Positions 1 through 53,517 of a stretch of 64,000 bases of DNA are shown here, in pieces. The first letter of the stretch is position 1, and each line of letters begins with the position of its first letter. The DNA is taken from NCBI RefSeq assembly GCF_964188315.1, contig NC_135657.1, forward strand, positions 53,506,001-53,570,000. Reading direction: 5' to 3'. The notes under the pieces were generated by a model. The model did no database searches. It was not told the origin of the DNA and worked only from the letters and a program-made list of their open reading frames with translations. The position numbers were made by a program, and so were the translations under genes. This DNA comes from Podarcis muralis (lineage: Eukaryota).

Positions 1-1220
1 ATGTTTATTTATGCAGTGAAGACTAATTCTAATGGAAGTTGTGTGTGGTACAGTGAGAAAATTTGTGGCAACACACCTTCAAGCCTTTATTGCCCACTGT
101 TGGTATGCAAAAGCTGTTTTAACACCAGTGGCCTGAACATAACATTTCAAGCATAGTTGCATTTTGAAGTAGATACTTGTTTTATAAGCCCATGTTGTAT
201 TCAACACCTGAATAAATGGTCTGTTTTCCAGAGGTAAAATATAATGAATTTTGGCCATTATGGGATCGCTTTAAAGTGGATCAAAAATGTAGTATCATGC
301 TATTATATAAGCACCCAGAATCTGGCAGTGACCTTGAAACATTTTCTGTCATGGCAGTGGTGATGGGACATGAGACACTATTGATGCTACACACTTGGTA
401 AGGACAGAGCAAAAAGGCTCCAAACACACAACCATGACTATTGGGTAGTTAACCAAAGTGCATGGCTAAGAATTACTGGATGGAACAATATCTTCCAGAT
501 GTTTGGAATGGCTGTCTTTAGGTTCAGCTCTTTCTTTCTCATATAGACAGGAAGAAAAAAATAATCTAGCCCTCAAGTTTTGAGGCATCTGTGGTTCAAG
601 GACAGGATATTAAAAGATTCTCATATGCGTCAGCAACTTTATTTCAGATTTTGTATACCATTGCTACAGGAGAGGGAAGCTAAACTGCTTTCAACAGCAG
701 GCTCGTAACAAAAAAAGTATATGCTAGAAAGCATTTCAGCAATCAGGATAAAGTATTTTAAAAAATCTAATCAGGTGACACAGAATACTCTTATAGAGTA
801 TGTTACCCTTGGCAACAAACCATTTGGCAATTTGAAGCCCTAGCATAGAGCAGAGTAGGGGAGCCCATGGCCCTCCAGATGTAATTGAATTCCAACTCCC
901 ACAGCCCTGGAACCAAGGCAATGGTCAATGAGGATGGGAGCTAGCTCCAACTGGAGAGCCATAGGTTACCCTTCCCTAATATAGGGCATTTTCCAGTTCT
1001 ACTAAGATAGTGGGTAGGAAGGGAAAGCATATAGGATAAAAATATACATAAATATCCAAGGCATTTAGGTTAACAAAGTAAACTCCTGAAGTTTTCACTT
1101 TCTTTTGCATTTTATTTCTTTAAAAAAAGGCTTTTTGGATGGCGAAGACTTAACTTATTTGCACTGCCCCACCAAAAATCAGAAAAGCACTTTGGAGTTC
1201 TTCATTATCTGTCTCTGTAT
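1..1220 (-). other. SNX9: SNX9 3' UTR (probably continues beyond the window edge)
   Basis: AT-rich sequence after the stop codon, with minus-strand AATAAA hexamers at e.g. 4-9 and 86-91. The true poly(A) site is not determined. Confidence 0.6.
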
Positions 1221-42302
<41,082 letters not shown>

Positions 42303-43709
42303 GGCGGCGCTGCGTGTGCCACCCCCACCAGCAGGGAATGAGCTCCGGGGGGCTCCTCTGGGTCCCTCCTAGTGGGCCTCGGCGCTGGGGGAGGAGAGAA
42401 AGGAGGAGGAGGAGGAGGAGGAGGGTGGCGGCGGTGGCTGCCGCGGCTCCTGCGCCCTCAACCAGCCAACCAGCCCCCGGCCGCCGCCTCTTCCCCGGAG
42501 TTGGTCGGGCTCCCCCGGCAGATGGGAAGGCGAAGCAGCTCCCGAGCTCACGACAAAGCCGAGCCCCCTGCGCTTCCTTTCGCCTGCCTTTCTCTTTCCC
42601 TTCGCCTCTTCCTCGTTCGCTCGCCCATATCCAGGGGCGGAGTTTCACGGAGGGCGTCCCGAAACCCAGGCGAGGGAAGAGGGACGGGAAGGAGCCGCGG
42701 AGCAGCCCTTTCCGAAGGCAACCCGCCCACCGACCCACCCTTCGCCGCGCGCACGTGATGCCTCCCGAGGCCGCCGCCGCTGCGGGCAACTTCTCCACAG
42801 AGAAGAGCCGTCAGCGCCCACTTTTCGGTCCCCGTCGTCCCCACATCCCGCCTCTGCCGACGTGGTTAGGACAAGCCCTAATACTCGTCGGCTAAACTTT
42901 TTCCGACAGTGTTCAGCCATAGCATCGAAGTGTCTGTACTCATCCCGTAGCAAGCAGCAGCAGCAATAATAATAATGATTTCGAGCAGCAGCTAAAAAGC
43001 TGCGCAGTGTCCCCACCCCATGTCTCCCGTGACACCGGCAGGGTTAAGGGAAAACGCACAGCAGATCCTCAATTTGTCAATTGCATAGGAGGAGCCTAGA
43101 AGGTGGGGTGAGGGGACCCGTGGCCTATCGGATGCTGCTGGATCCCAGCTCCCATCATGCCTGACTTACGGTATTTGCTATGCTGGCTGGGGCTGATGGG
43201 AATTGTTGTGCAACATCTGGAAGGCTAAAAGATCACCCATCATTGCTTCTAGCACACGTGGGCTGGCAGCTCACATGTGGGCCCCGATTTCTTCTTCAGC
43301 CTTGACTGCTGAGGAGTGCTCTAGTAATCCAGTGTAGGTGTGGGGTAGGAGGGGATAGTTGTTTAAGGGCCAACCGGCAGCCTTCACAGACTAGATTCCA
43401 TCTGCATGTAACAATTCTCTGCTCCTTACAATGAACTAAACTCAATCCTAGGCTGTTAGGTATTCCTAAAACCCCTGAAATAAGTTGATCAACTGCTCAT
43501 TGCTTGCTCCTTAATCTTAAATACAGTGACTTGAAGGGACACTCCCTTTATTTCATTACAGCTTTATGACATCCCCCCCCCCCCCAGAGTGCTTCAACTC
43601 TTCTATTGTTGGAGGGTGAAAAAGTCATGACAACTGCAGATCTCAGCAGAATGTGGAAAACAGGCAAAACTTTTTAAAAAGTTTAACTGCGAGAAACTGG
43701 TCTGACACA

Positions 43710-43866
43710 CAGTGGCGTAGCGTGGGGGTGCAGGGGGGGCCAGCCGCACCAGGCGCAACATCTGGGGTTAGGGCAAATCCACAGGTTAGGGGGCGCAAAT
43801 CCACGGGTTAGGGGGCGCAAATTACTTGCCTTGCCCCGGGTGCTGACAACCCACGCTACGCCACTG
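43710..43866. mobile_element. hAT MITE (CAGTGGCGTAGCGTGG TIRs)
   Basis: Perfect 8-bp TSD CTGACACA. Confidence 0.92.
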
Positions 43867-43925
43867 CTGACACAGGAAAAGCAACCACATTTCTCCCTCA
43901 TCTCATGTAATTTCATATTTGTTCC

Positions 43926-44041
43926 TGTTATGTATTGGGTTTAACACATGTTATGTTACAAGGCGTTCTAACCAATTGTATAAGCATTGGTAGATGAATG
44001 CGCCTTGTAACATAAACATGTGTTAAACCCAATACATAACA
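43926..44041. repeat. 116-bp foldback mini-element
   Basis: About 40-bp inverted arms TGTTATGTATTGGG...CCCAATACATAACA with a 5-bp TSD GTTCC. Confidence 0.85.
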
Positions 44042-45397
44042 GTTCCTGGAAGTGAGATTTCTCCCCTGCTGAAATAAGGTACCGTAATTAGCAGATAAGC
44101 CTCATTTTCAGTCCTGCCACCTTTCTAGTCTCTTGCTACTAAAGCTGAGTTCCATAAAGATTTTATGATGGAAGTGTGGGGTGGAATCTACTTGGTGGGC
44201 AGGGACACATAGTGGAGGCACTTTTCTTTATGTTTCACAACATGAATTATTCTAGTCCAGGAGCACTGTGGCCTACTGAGATGATAACCAGCACATCATA
44301 GGATATGTGTAGTCTAAAGCACAGAGTTCCAAAATGATTTTGGGGGCTATATTCTCCACCCAGCAAATAAATGAACGTGTCCTACTCGCTCCATTTTGTG
44401 GCAATGGCCTTGTTAAAAACTTTACTTCTTAAAAAATAAGTTGTGACAGAGATACAGTATATATCAGGATGTTCTGTGGTTCATATTTCAGGTTGAAGAG
44501 GAATGTTAAAAGTGATTCACTGATTTATCAAAACTGCCAAAAATCTTAACTTCGTGCCACTGCCCATTTAATCCAGTGGAGGAATCTGATACTTGGTGCT
44601 TACCAACTCTACAGCCTCTGATGATTATAGAAGCAGAAGAGAGCTGAGTAAACACTGTCAGGTATGTTATATCTCCTAGTCATCATCAGCATGTGATGAA
44701 CACATAGTGCAGTGCATGATGATATCACATAATTACATCATTATATAATGACTTTTTAAAAATTCATCCAAAATCAGGTAAGATTTTTAACACAAAGCAA
44801 AGAAAGAGCCTCAAGTGCCCCGAGCAAAGTGGTTTTAGAAAATATAAAATTAAATCAAAATTGGAAGGTCAGAATTGTTGAAAGCTGTATGGATACCAGA
44901 GAAGGTGTAGGATTGCTACTCCCACCTTTTCTGGCAGTGCTCCTGTCTTTAAGACCTTTGTGAGAGGCTCCAAGTGAAGCATTTCTCGTCAGCACATCTC
45001 CATGGTGGGGAAAGCTAAAAATAACTGATCAGTAATTTAAAGATGATGATTGTAACTTTTAATCACACAGACATAATGATCCGTTAAAATGAGTTTTGCA
45101 GTGCAAAATGCGGAGCAAAACTTGGTGTTACTAATTTTATCAAGGAACCTGAGAGTCATGCACTAACCATCTACCTCTGCCCAAGAGGGAATGTAAGTAG
45201 CAGCCATACCTGCGAAACCACTCCAGTTTAAGACAAAAATAGACAGGTACAGGTTTTTCACCATTTGTTGCTCTGAATGTTCTTTTTGTCTGATGTAATA
45301 TGTAACTTACAGTGTAGTCGTGCTATACATGTCTACTCAGAAGTAAGCCCTGAGTTAAATGGGACTTACTCCCACATGATGGTGTATGATTGCAGCC

Positions 45398-45555
45398 CAG
45401 TGGCGTAGCGTGGGTTGTCAGCACCCGGGGCAAGGCAAGTAATTTGCGCCCCCTAACCCGTGGATTTGCGCCCCCTAACCTGTGGATTTGCCCTAACCCC
45501 AGATGTTGTGCCCGGTGTGGCCGGCCCCCCCTGCACCCCCCACGCTACGCCACTG
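45398..45555. mobile_element. hAT MITE, inverted near-identical copy of 43710-43866
   Basis: Perfect 8-bp TSD TTGCAGCC. Confidence 0.92.
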
Positions 45556-46334
45556 TTGCAGCCTTAAGCATTTGCATCACTACAGAAACCAGAACTTTAA
45601 AAATAGATGCAATGAACTATGCAAAGCATAAACATTCAGATATAGTCATTTCATCCTTTTTAAGAAAAATAAATAAAATTAATACTATGAGACTCTAAAG
45701 CATATTATAAAAGTATAAGATCCTGCTATCTTTGCAACCCTACCTTCAGGTACAGTCTTTGTTGTGAAATCGAGTTACAAATTTATTTATTTTTGTGAAT
45801 AAAAATAACTGTGTATGAATTGTTACTAATAAGAACACTTTCCTTATTAGTAAAAATACACTATTTTTATTCAGTGCTCTAATCACTCATGCATGTCACC
45901 CTATTTAAAACTCCCCCAGAAGGAAACATTAACGTCATGGTATTTCCTTTTAAGTACTGTAGTTCATCTGAGTAAATTTAGCTTTTCAGATAGGGCAGCA
46001 GTAGTACAAAGCAGCCCCATCTTCCTCTTTCATAATTTCCCCCCATCATTAAGAAGGCATTTGTTGGCCTGATTACAGCCTGCAAAGGATCTAAATACTG
46101 GTCTGCATTTTAATGAATTGCCTTTCTCTGTGCTTTTATGCAGATATAAAATGACAACAATTCTACAAAGGCATTTTTAATAAGCTGACAAACTTACACA
46201 ATGAAATTCAGGTTTTAATTGTAGAGACTGGAGGCTGTTACATATTTCCAAAATAAGACGAGACAGTGTTTCATGTAATTTTGAAATATTTTATTTGCAG
46301 GACAATCTCACCTGTGCCCAACACAGGTTATTGT

Positions 46335-46480
46335 CAGTGCTTTTTTTTTCTAAAAAAATGTTTGGGGTACTCTCATTTTCCTACTCATATTGAAATAATG
46401 CCCCTCAATGAAGCCAAACTTATAGTCACAAAATGTTTAGGTGTATGTGTACCCCTGCGTACCCCCATAAAAAAGCACTG
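46335..46480. mobile_element. hAT MITE (CAGTGCTTTTTT family)
   Basis: TSD GTTATTGT/GTTAGTGT. Confidence 0.85.
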
Positions 46481-47129
46481 GTTAGTGTTGTGTACATAAG
46501 GTTTTTTAAATAATAAAGTTCAGCAGAATCAGAATCATTACAGAAATACCTTTTCTGAAAAATTTTTCCCTTGTATGTATGAAATAAACATATTCACATG
46601 AAATTTCCAGCAATAAAATAATTTTGTAAAACCTATCGAGTCTTTGTGGTACAATATACTCTTGATACAACATTTTATACTCAAGGATAACACAACCAAT
46701 ATGTTTGTATACAGATTTCCAATAATGGAAGATGAAATTACGCCCAGTTAGAGTAACAAGTTCTGATACCCATGTGTTTTTGTTACACATCATCCTCTTA
46801 GATGGTATTTGACATAAGCCCTCACATTATTGCTTCTTCTTGGTATCTCACTTGCAGTTTTTGTCCAGAAATTTTGAAAGCTTATAGTTATCTTCTGAGC
46901 TTCCAATCTGTTAAAAAATCCTTAATCTGTTATTAAAGTTTAACGCTAGCTCCTGGATAATTGAGGCCAAAGGCTAAATAGCTGGGAATAGAATTTTTAC
47001 TTACAGATTCAATGGTTCAAAAATAGGAAAGTATAACCATATTAATGCAGATTGCTCTCAGATAAAAATAATAAAGGATAAAACATACTTTTACTCCAAA
47101 TTATACCATACCAAGGATGAGAACCAACA

Positions 47130-47990
47130 AACTGAATCTAAATCCAGATGTGACTGAGGCACTGCTTGTTGGTTAGTTCCCTAGACTTGATGGATGGGTA
47201 GTAGCCTGCTCTTGATAGGGGTACACTCCCTCTAACGGAGCAGGTATGTAGCTTGTGGTTACTTTTGGATCCATTGCTGTTGCTTGAGGCTCAGAAGGCC
47301 TTGGTGGTACAGAGTGCCTTCCATCAGCTTTGACTGATGGCCCAGCTGCATCCCTATCTGGATGGGAATTGCCTAACTTCTGTTGTCTATGTTCTGGTAA
47401 TCTCTAGGTTAGGTTGTTGCAATGTATTATACATGGGGCTGTCTCTAAAGACGTTATGAGAAACATCTGGTGCAAAATTTAGTGGGCTACTGTTGCTCAC
47501 CTGGGCAATACAGTTTGAGCATATAACACCAGTCCTGGCCCAACTGCACTGGCTGCCAATCAGTTTCCAAGCCCAACTCAAAGTGCAGGTTTTGACCCAT
47601 AAAGCCTTAAACGGCTCAGGACCACAATACCTCAAGGACTGCCTCTCCCCATATAAACTGACATGGACCCTGCGATCGTAATTTGATGCCCTTATTCATG
47701 TGTTCCTTCCATGAGAAGTCCAGTGGGTGACAACACCAGAACGGACCTTTTCTGCAATGCCTCCCCATTTGTGGAATGCTCTTCCCAGGGAGACTTGCCT
47801 GGCGCCTTTGTTAGATATCTTTAGGGACCAGGCAAAAGCATTCCTCTTCTCCTGGGCCTTGGAGTAATTAAACAATCTATGATCTTTTAAACTGGGGGGG
47901 GGGTATTGTTTTGTTTGTTATTATGTTGTGTATTTTTGTGTTTTTATATTGTGATCCTTGGATGAAGGGCATATAGAAATTTAATAAACA
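47130..47990 (+). mobile_element. L2-like LINE 3' fragment
   Basis: Frameshifted ORF2 remnant (HITPVLAQLHWLPI) followed by an AT-rich 3' tail. Confidence 0.75.
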
Positions 47991-50415
47991 AGGAAACAAT
48001 GCCCTGACATTCTCTTTATGAAACAGTTTTATTAGCCAACCACTTAGAGCAAATTTTTAAGATTGGATATTGCTAAACCTGGTTCAACTAGCTTCTGGGT
48101 TTTTGTTGCTGTCAAGCTTTAGCTCTTCTTTCATTCCCAAATAAAAGCTCCAGGTTTTGGGCAGCCCTTAGCAAATGATGGCTTGTGGGCTCACCTTATC
48201 TGCCAGACAGAAGGAGACAGTTGTGTCAGTGGTCACTGTGCATTATGGTGTTGTGAACAATGATGGACTTGCTCAATGGCAAAGCTGACAGGATGATATT
48301 GTGCCACTCCTATTCTTTCAACCTAAACTACCTCAAAGGAAATTGTGAGGGGGGAGATGACATAACCTGATGTTTGCCACTTTGAACTATTCGAAGAAAA
48401 GGTCGAACCCAACAGCATTGCTTTTTCATACCAATTTTGTTTCCAAGAACGCTAGTCACCACCAAATTGTCTAAATGCTTATTTGTAGTGATGTAGCAAA
48501 TAAGTTCTCATTGACAATGTTTTCTTATGGTGAAAAATGGCTGTAACAGTCCCTCCAAAGGATGATTTGAAGCCTCTTGTATTATAAATGTAGAATATGC
48601 TCCTGAGTTTCAAGTAGTAATTGCATCAAATGTAATACCCAATAACTATAATCCTGGGCACAGTTAGACTGTTAAAACCCTTTTGTAGTTGGAGGGATAA
48701 AAGTAGCTGAACTGTGCATGGGATTGCAGCCAAAAAGAGCTGCCAAAACAGATCGCTCTCCCCACAACTTGCAGCACACAGTTTACTGGATAACATTCTG
48801 CTGCTTGAGTGCACCTAAGAAAGATGACGCCACCATACAATCTACTTTACAACTTGTCAGATTTAAATGGCACATGTACAATCTGTCTAGTCTTCCACCT
48901 TAAAATGCACTTGCAAATTTTGCTCCCAACTCATCCCAGCTGTTATTGATGGTCTTATTCTGCAAACCCTACAATCATTCTGCCATTCTTACAATATAGC
49001 TTCTCAGACCCACAAACATGGGAAATGGAAGTAGGAAGAATGGGGGTGAAGGAGTAGGCTCAAATCTGCCAGCCACACTTATTGACCTAGAACAGTTGCA
49101 TCCAAATGTTTTTTGATGGGCTGAAATTATTGAATGTACCCTTCAAATAAATTTAATATTGCTGATGGTTTTAATATTTCTTGTAACTGCTTAAAGGATT
49201 TTTTACAGTCAAGTGGTATATAAATTTTGTTCAATAAATAAAATAACAAAACCATGCTCAAAGGTACTGTCTTACATATTCCAGGGCTGATCAAGAACAT
49301 TCAGTAGAAGTACTGATACTGGATATTGATTGAAACTAAATTTTGGTCTTTACATGAAAAGTAAATTGGTAGTGGGAAAGAAAAGTGTGTTTGTTTCCAT
49401 GCTGACCAGTTATTGCTCAGTAGGCAGCAAAACAAAGTAGGTGTCCTTACTTGCTGCAATAGATTGTTAGGTTTGAAGGTTCACTGTCAAACAGCTCAAT
49501 CTTCTACATAGTTATTCAGAAATAAGTCCTACTGTGCTCAGTGAAGCTTATTCCAGGATATACATGCATAGGCTTGCTGCCAAAACCTATATAAAGCTAG
49601 GCAATAACTTTTCACAACGATAACACTTCTCAATATACTTTTAGAACATTATTTTGTGGATAATTCTAAGATGTTACATTTTGATTAGGACATCATATTT
49701 TATAGGGCCATGCCTAGGTACTAATGACTTAAAAGAATGTTGTTGGGACAATAAAATTAATATGCATTGTAAATCTCTCTGAACACCTTGATTGTTTTCA
49801 GGACTGGCTCAAGACATTTTGCTGCCTGAGGCAAAGGGCATCATGATACCCCACCCCACCCTATTCCATTCACAGAAGTGAAGAGATAGACAGTTGATTG
49901 ACATACATAACTCCAGTGCTATTTTTCTAGAAAAAGAGGTGCGGAACTCACCATGAACGCCTCCCTTGTTCTCATATAATTGCAATGGTGCTTACCTGAG
50001 AGGTGCTGGAACTGAGTTCCAGTGAGTTCCGCCTGAAAAAAGCCCTTCATAGCTCCATACATATAGAGGGATGTGTACACAAACACATGTACACACACTC
50101 TCTCTCTCCTTGTTTGAAAAGCATTTCAGATATAGTATAGTATAGTTACCACAAATACATTAGTTTCCCAGGTTTGAAAGCATAATCTAAGATAACAAAC
50201 AGAATAATGATTATGGCAAAAAATCTGGAGAATGTACTTTCATACACACAGTGTGCACTAATTGCCAAGAAACACAACTTTTATTAATGTAATTGTGGTT
50301 TATTATTTATGCCAAAATACACAAAATCACTTGCAGAGTACTCTTCCAAATGTTGAGATGTCTGTGGACAAGTAGCTTGATGGGAATGTGAACAAATGCA
50401 AGATTGTTGACTATA

Positions 50416-50749
50416 GGTAAAAGTAAAGGGACCCCTGACCGTTAGGTCCAGTCACAAACGACTCTGGGGTTGTGGCGCTCATCTCACTTTACTGGCTTCC
50501 GGGTCATGTGGCCAGCATGACTAAGCCACTTCTGGCAAACCAGAGCAGCGCACAGAAATGCCGTTTACTTTCCCGCTGGAGTGGTACTTATTTATCTACT
50601 TGCACTTTGATGTGCTTTCGAACTGCTGGGTTGGCAGGAGCAGGGACTGAGCAATGAGAGCTCACCCCATCGCGGGGATTCAAACCGCCAACCTTCTGAT
50701 CGGCAAGCCCTAGGCTCAGTGGTTTAGACCACAGCGCCACCCGCATCCC
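50416..50749 (-). mobile_element. Sauria SINE
   Basis: Full head-to-tail similarity to 1941-2285; TSD ATTGTT(A)GACTATA. Confidence 0.88.
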
Positions 50750-50959
50750 ATTGTTAGACTATAGTGCTTGCAAAATGTGAGAATGTATTTCACTCTGCAT
50801 TCCCTAACGATCCAAAATGGATTCATTCAAACAACTTTGACCAAATGGTCCATTGTCCTTGCAGGAGGTTTTGCTTTGCACTTTGTTTCTGGTAGTCCAA
50901 TCTGTATAGGCAAGTACATGGGAGTGCTTAGCGTCACCCTCTTAACAGAGGGTGGATTA

Positions 50960-51080
50960 ATAGAATTTGGAAAAGTAGTAACAATGGCCAAATTCTCTTC
51001 TCAAAGTGGTGAAAAGGGAAATCCTGGTGGTTCAGATAACGTTCCCCTGTCTAGTTCCTCTTCTTATGTACAGAAATACC
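50960..51080 (-). mobile_element. Possible ancient L1-like RT relic
   Basis: Reverse strand gives IRRGTRQG...GFPFSPL...LAI fragments, resembling the RGTRQGCPLSPLLF motif, with stops and frameshifts. Confidence 0.35.
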
Positions 51081-51330
51081 TGAAAAGAAAAAAATACATC
51101 CTGTGGGGGTGTATTCTGATTTGCTTTAATATCTGTATATAATTGGTTTTCTTTCTTGCAATATTTTCAGTAATGTTTTTTAAAGGGAGCGGGGAGAGGA
51201 TAATCATTTTGAGGTTCCTAAGCAGTTTATCAAAGCAGTAGAAGACTTGATACACAATAGATATATTGCTGCTTAAGTGAATTCGCTATTTTACATTTAA
51301 GGATTCAACTACTGTATACAAAGGTAAAGG

Positions 51331-51555
51331 TTGTTGTTGTTGTTGTTTAGTCGTGTCCGACTCTTCGTAACCCCATGGACCAGAGCACGCCAGGCACTCC
51401 TATCTTCCACTGCCTCCCGCAGTTTGGTCAAATTCATGTTGGTAGCTTTGAGAACACTGTCCAACTATCTCGTCCTCTGTCGTCCCCTTCTCCTTGTGCC
51501 CTCAATCTTTCCCAACATTGGGGTCTTTTCCAGGGAGTCTTCTCTTCTCATGAGG
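51331..51555 (-). mobile_element. BovB (RTE) LINE 3' fragment with a (CAA)n tail
   Basis: TTAGTCGTGTCCGACTCTT...CCCCATGGAC is the reverse complement of the BovB 3' end. Confidence 0.8.
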
Positions 51556-51880
51556 AAAGGTAAAGTTACCCCTGACCATCCAGTCACGGATGACTCTGGG
51601 ATTGCTCATCTCGCTCTATAGGCCGAGGGAGCCGGCATTTGTCTGCAGACAGCTTCCGGGTCATGTGGCCAGAATGACTAAGCCGCTTCTGGCGAACCAG
51701 AGCAGCGCATGGAAATGCCGTTTACATTCCCGCCGGCGCAGTACCTATTTATCTACTTGCACTTGATGTGCTTTCGAACTGCTAGGTAGGCAGGAGCTGG
51801 GACCGAAGGGGAGCTCACCCCGTCATGGGGATTTGAACCGCCAACCTTCTGATTGGCAAGCCCAAGGCTCACTGGTACAA
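51556..51880 (-). mobile_element. Sauria SINE
   Basis: Similar to the other copies; tail interrupted by the BovB fragment. Confidence 0.85.
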
Positions 51881-53211
51881 CCCATTTAATACACAATTTC
51901 AGATACAGTACTTTTTAAAATAATGATGCTAGTTATTTTATAAATTTTGGAATTTTTACATTGCAACATGGACTCTGTTTTGTATGAAGGTCATGGAAAG
52001 GACAAAATTCAGGAAGATACTTTTTCAAGCACCAGAAAGGAAATTTACTTGTCATAGTCCCCAACAAGATGGATAGTATCCTGCATTTGTTTATTCCTTT
52101 ATCGTAGCAGATAAGTTTTTCCCCCTTTTCCCATTCCCACAGGCTTGGCTAAAAATCTTGGAATCTTCCTCAAATTCTTACCTTTCTGTGCTGTTAAGAT
52201 TGTAGCAGGCACACATTAATTTTCCTTCTGTGCAGAACCTTAGTATATCCAATAGGCACTTTATGAATATTTAATTCTGATGTGCTTAAAACTGCAATCA
52301 AATTTCCCTTTTTTAATGATATTTTTATACCACTTTTCAGCATATGCTTTTAAAGCAGTTTAAAACATAAAACAAAACAAAAATACCATAATCATTAAAA
52401 AGCATTACTCTGGAGCAGCCGCACTGAAGGTAATAATGGCACTACTCCAAAACTAAATGATTTCAGAATTGTAGCTTTATTGCCTAAGGGGGTAACAGGA
52501 AAAACCTGACCAGTCTCCTTTTTTGATTAAGAGAACAGTACTCCAAGAATATCTGTCTTGCAAGTCACAAATAAGCAGATGGCTAAGTAACTGAAACTTC
52601 TTATGGCACAAATTTTTCTATGTGGCTTTAACTGCAGAGGATAATAGAAAACTGAGTGGGTTAAATTAATTTCAGAGAACACGTTTCTCAGAAATGTTGA
52701 AGAAGAAAATTTCAATGTTCTTAAGCAAAACTATTTGACATCCTGAAACTATCTTAATTTTGAATGACAAAAACATTTTAAAATTGAAAAGCTACATTAA
52801 GGAAAACCACAGATTATTGGTCCCAGAATGTTGGTGGGAATTGACATTTGATGTTTGTTTGGAGATAATAGATCACCAAAGTCAACATTTTCTAACAGAA
52901 AATGTTGATCGTGCACTAAACTTTAGCCTGGATTAAACAGAAAGCAAAATTAGTAATGATTGTGGAGTTGCAGAGCTTCCTCACTGTAATCAAAGGGACT
53001 TTGACATGCTTAACTTAGGCGAGAACATGCTCACTTCTTGGAGTACCAGTAAATATGTACGTGGCATTTAGCAGCTATTGTTTGCACTACATCTGCATAC
53101 AGTGTAGTCTAGCAAAACTCAGGTCATGTCTCTAAGACCACTTTGTATAAGCCTTCAACCAGTTAGGATTTTTGTTTTTTTTAAGGGACTCAGGCTCTGA
53201 ACTGTTTAGAA

Positions 53212-53517
53212 CAGGGGTAGGCAACCTAAGGCCCGGGGGCCGGATCCAGCCCAATCGCCTTCTCAATCCAGCCCACAGAAGGTCCAGGAATCAGTGTACA
53301 TGAGTAGAATGTTTCCTTTTATTTAAAATACATCTCTGGGTTATTTGTGGGGCCTGCCTGGTGTTTTTACATGAGTGGAATGTGTGCTTTTATTTAAAAT
53401 GCTTCTCTGGGTTATTTGTGGGGAATAGGAATTCGTTCATCCCCCCCAAAAAAAATAGTCCAGCCCACCACATGGTCTGAGGGACAGCCCACGGCTGAAA
53501 AAGGTTGCTGACCCCTG
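53212..53517. mobile_element. hAT-Charlie-like MITE
   Basis: CAGGGGTAGGCAACC...GGTTGCTGACCCCTG with a perfect 8-bp TSD GTTTAGAA. Confidence 0.88.
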
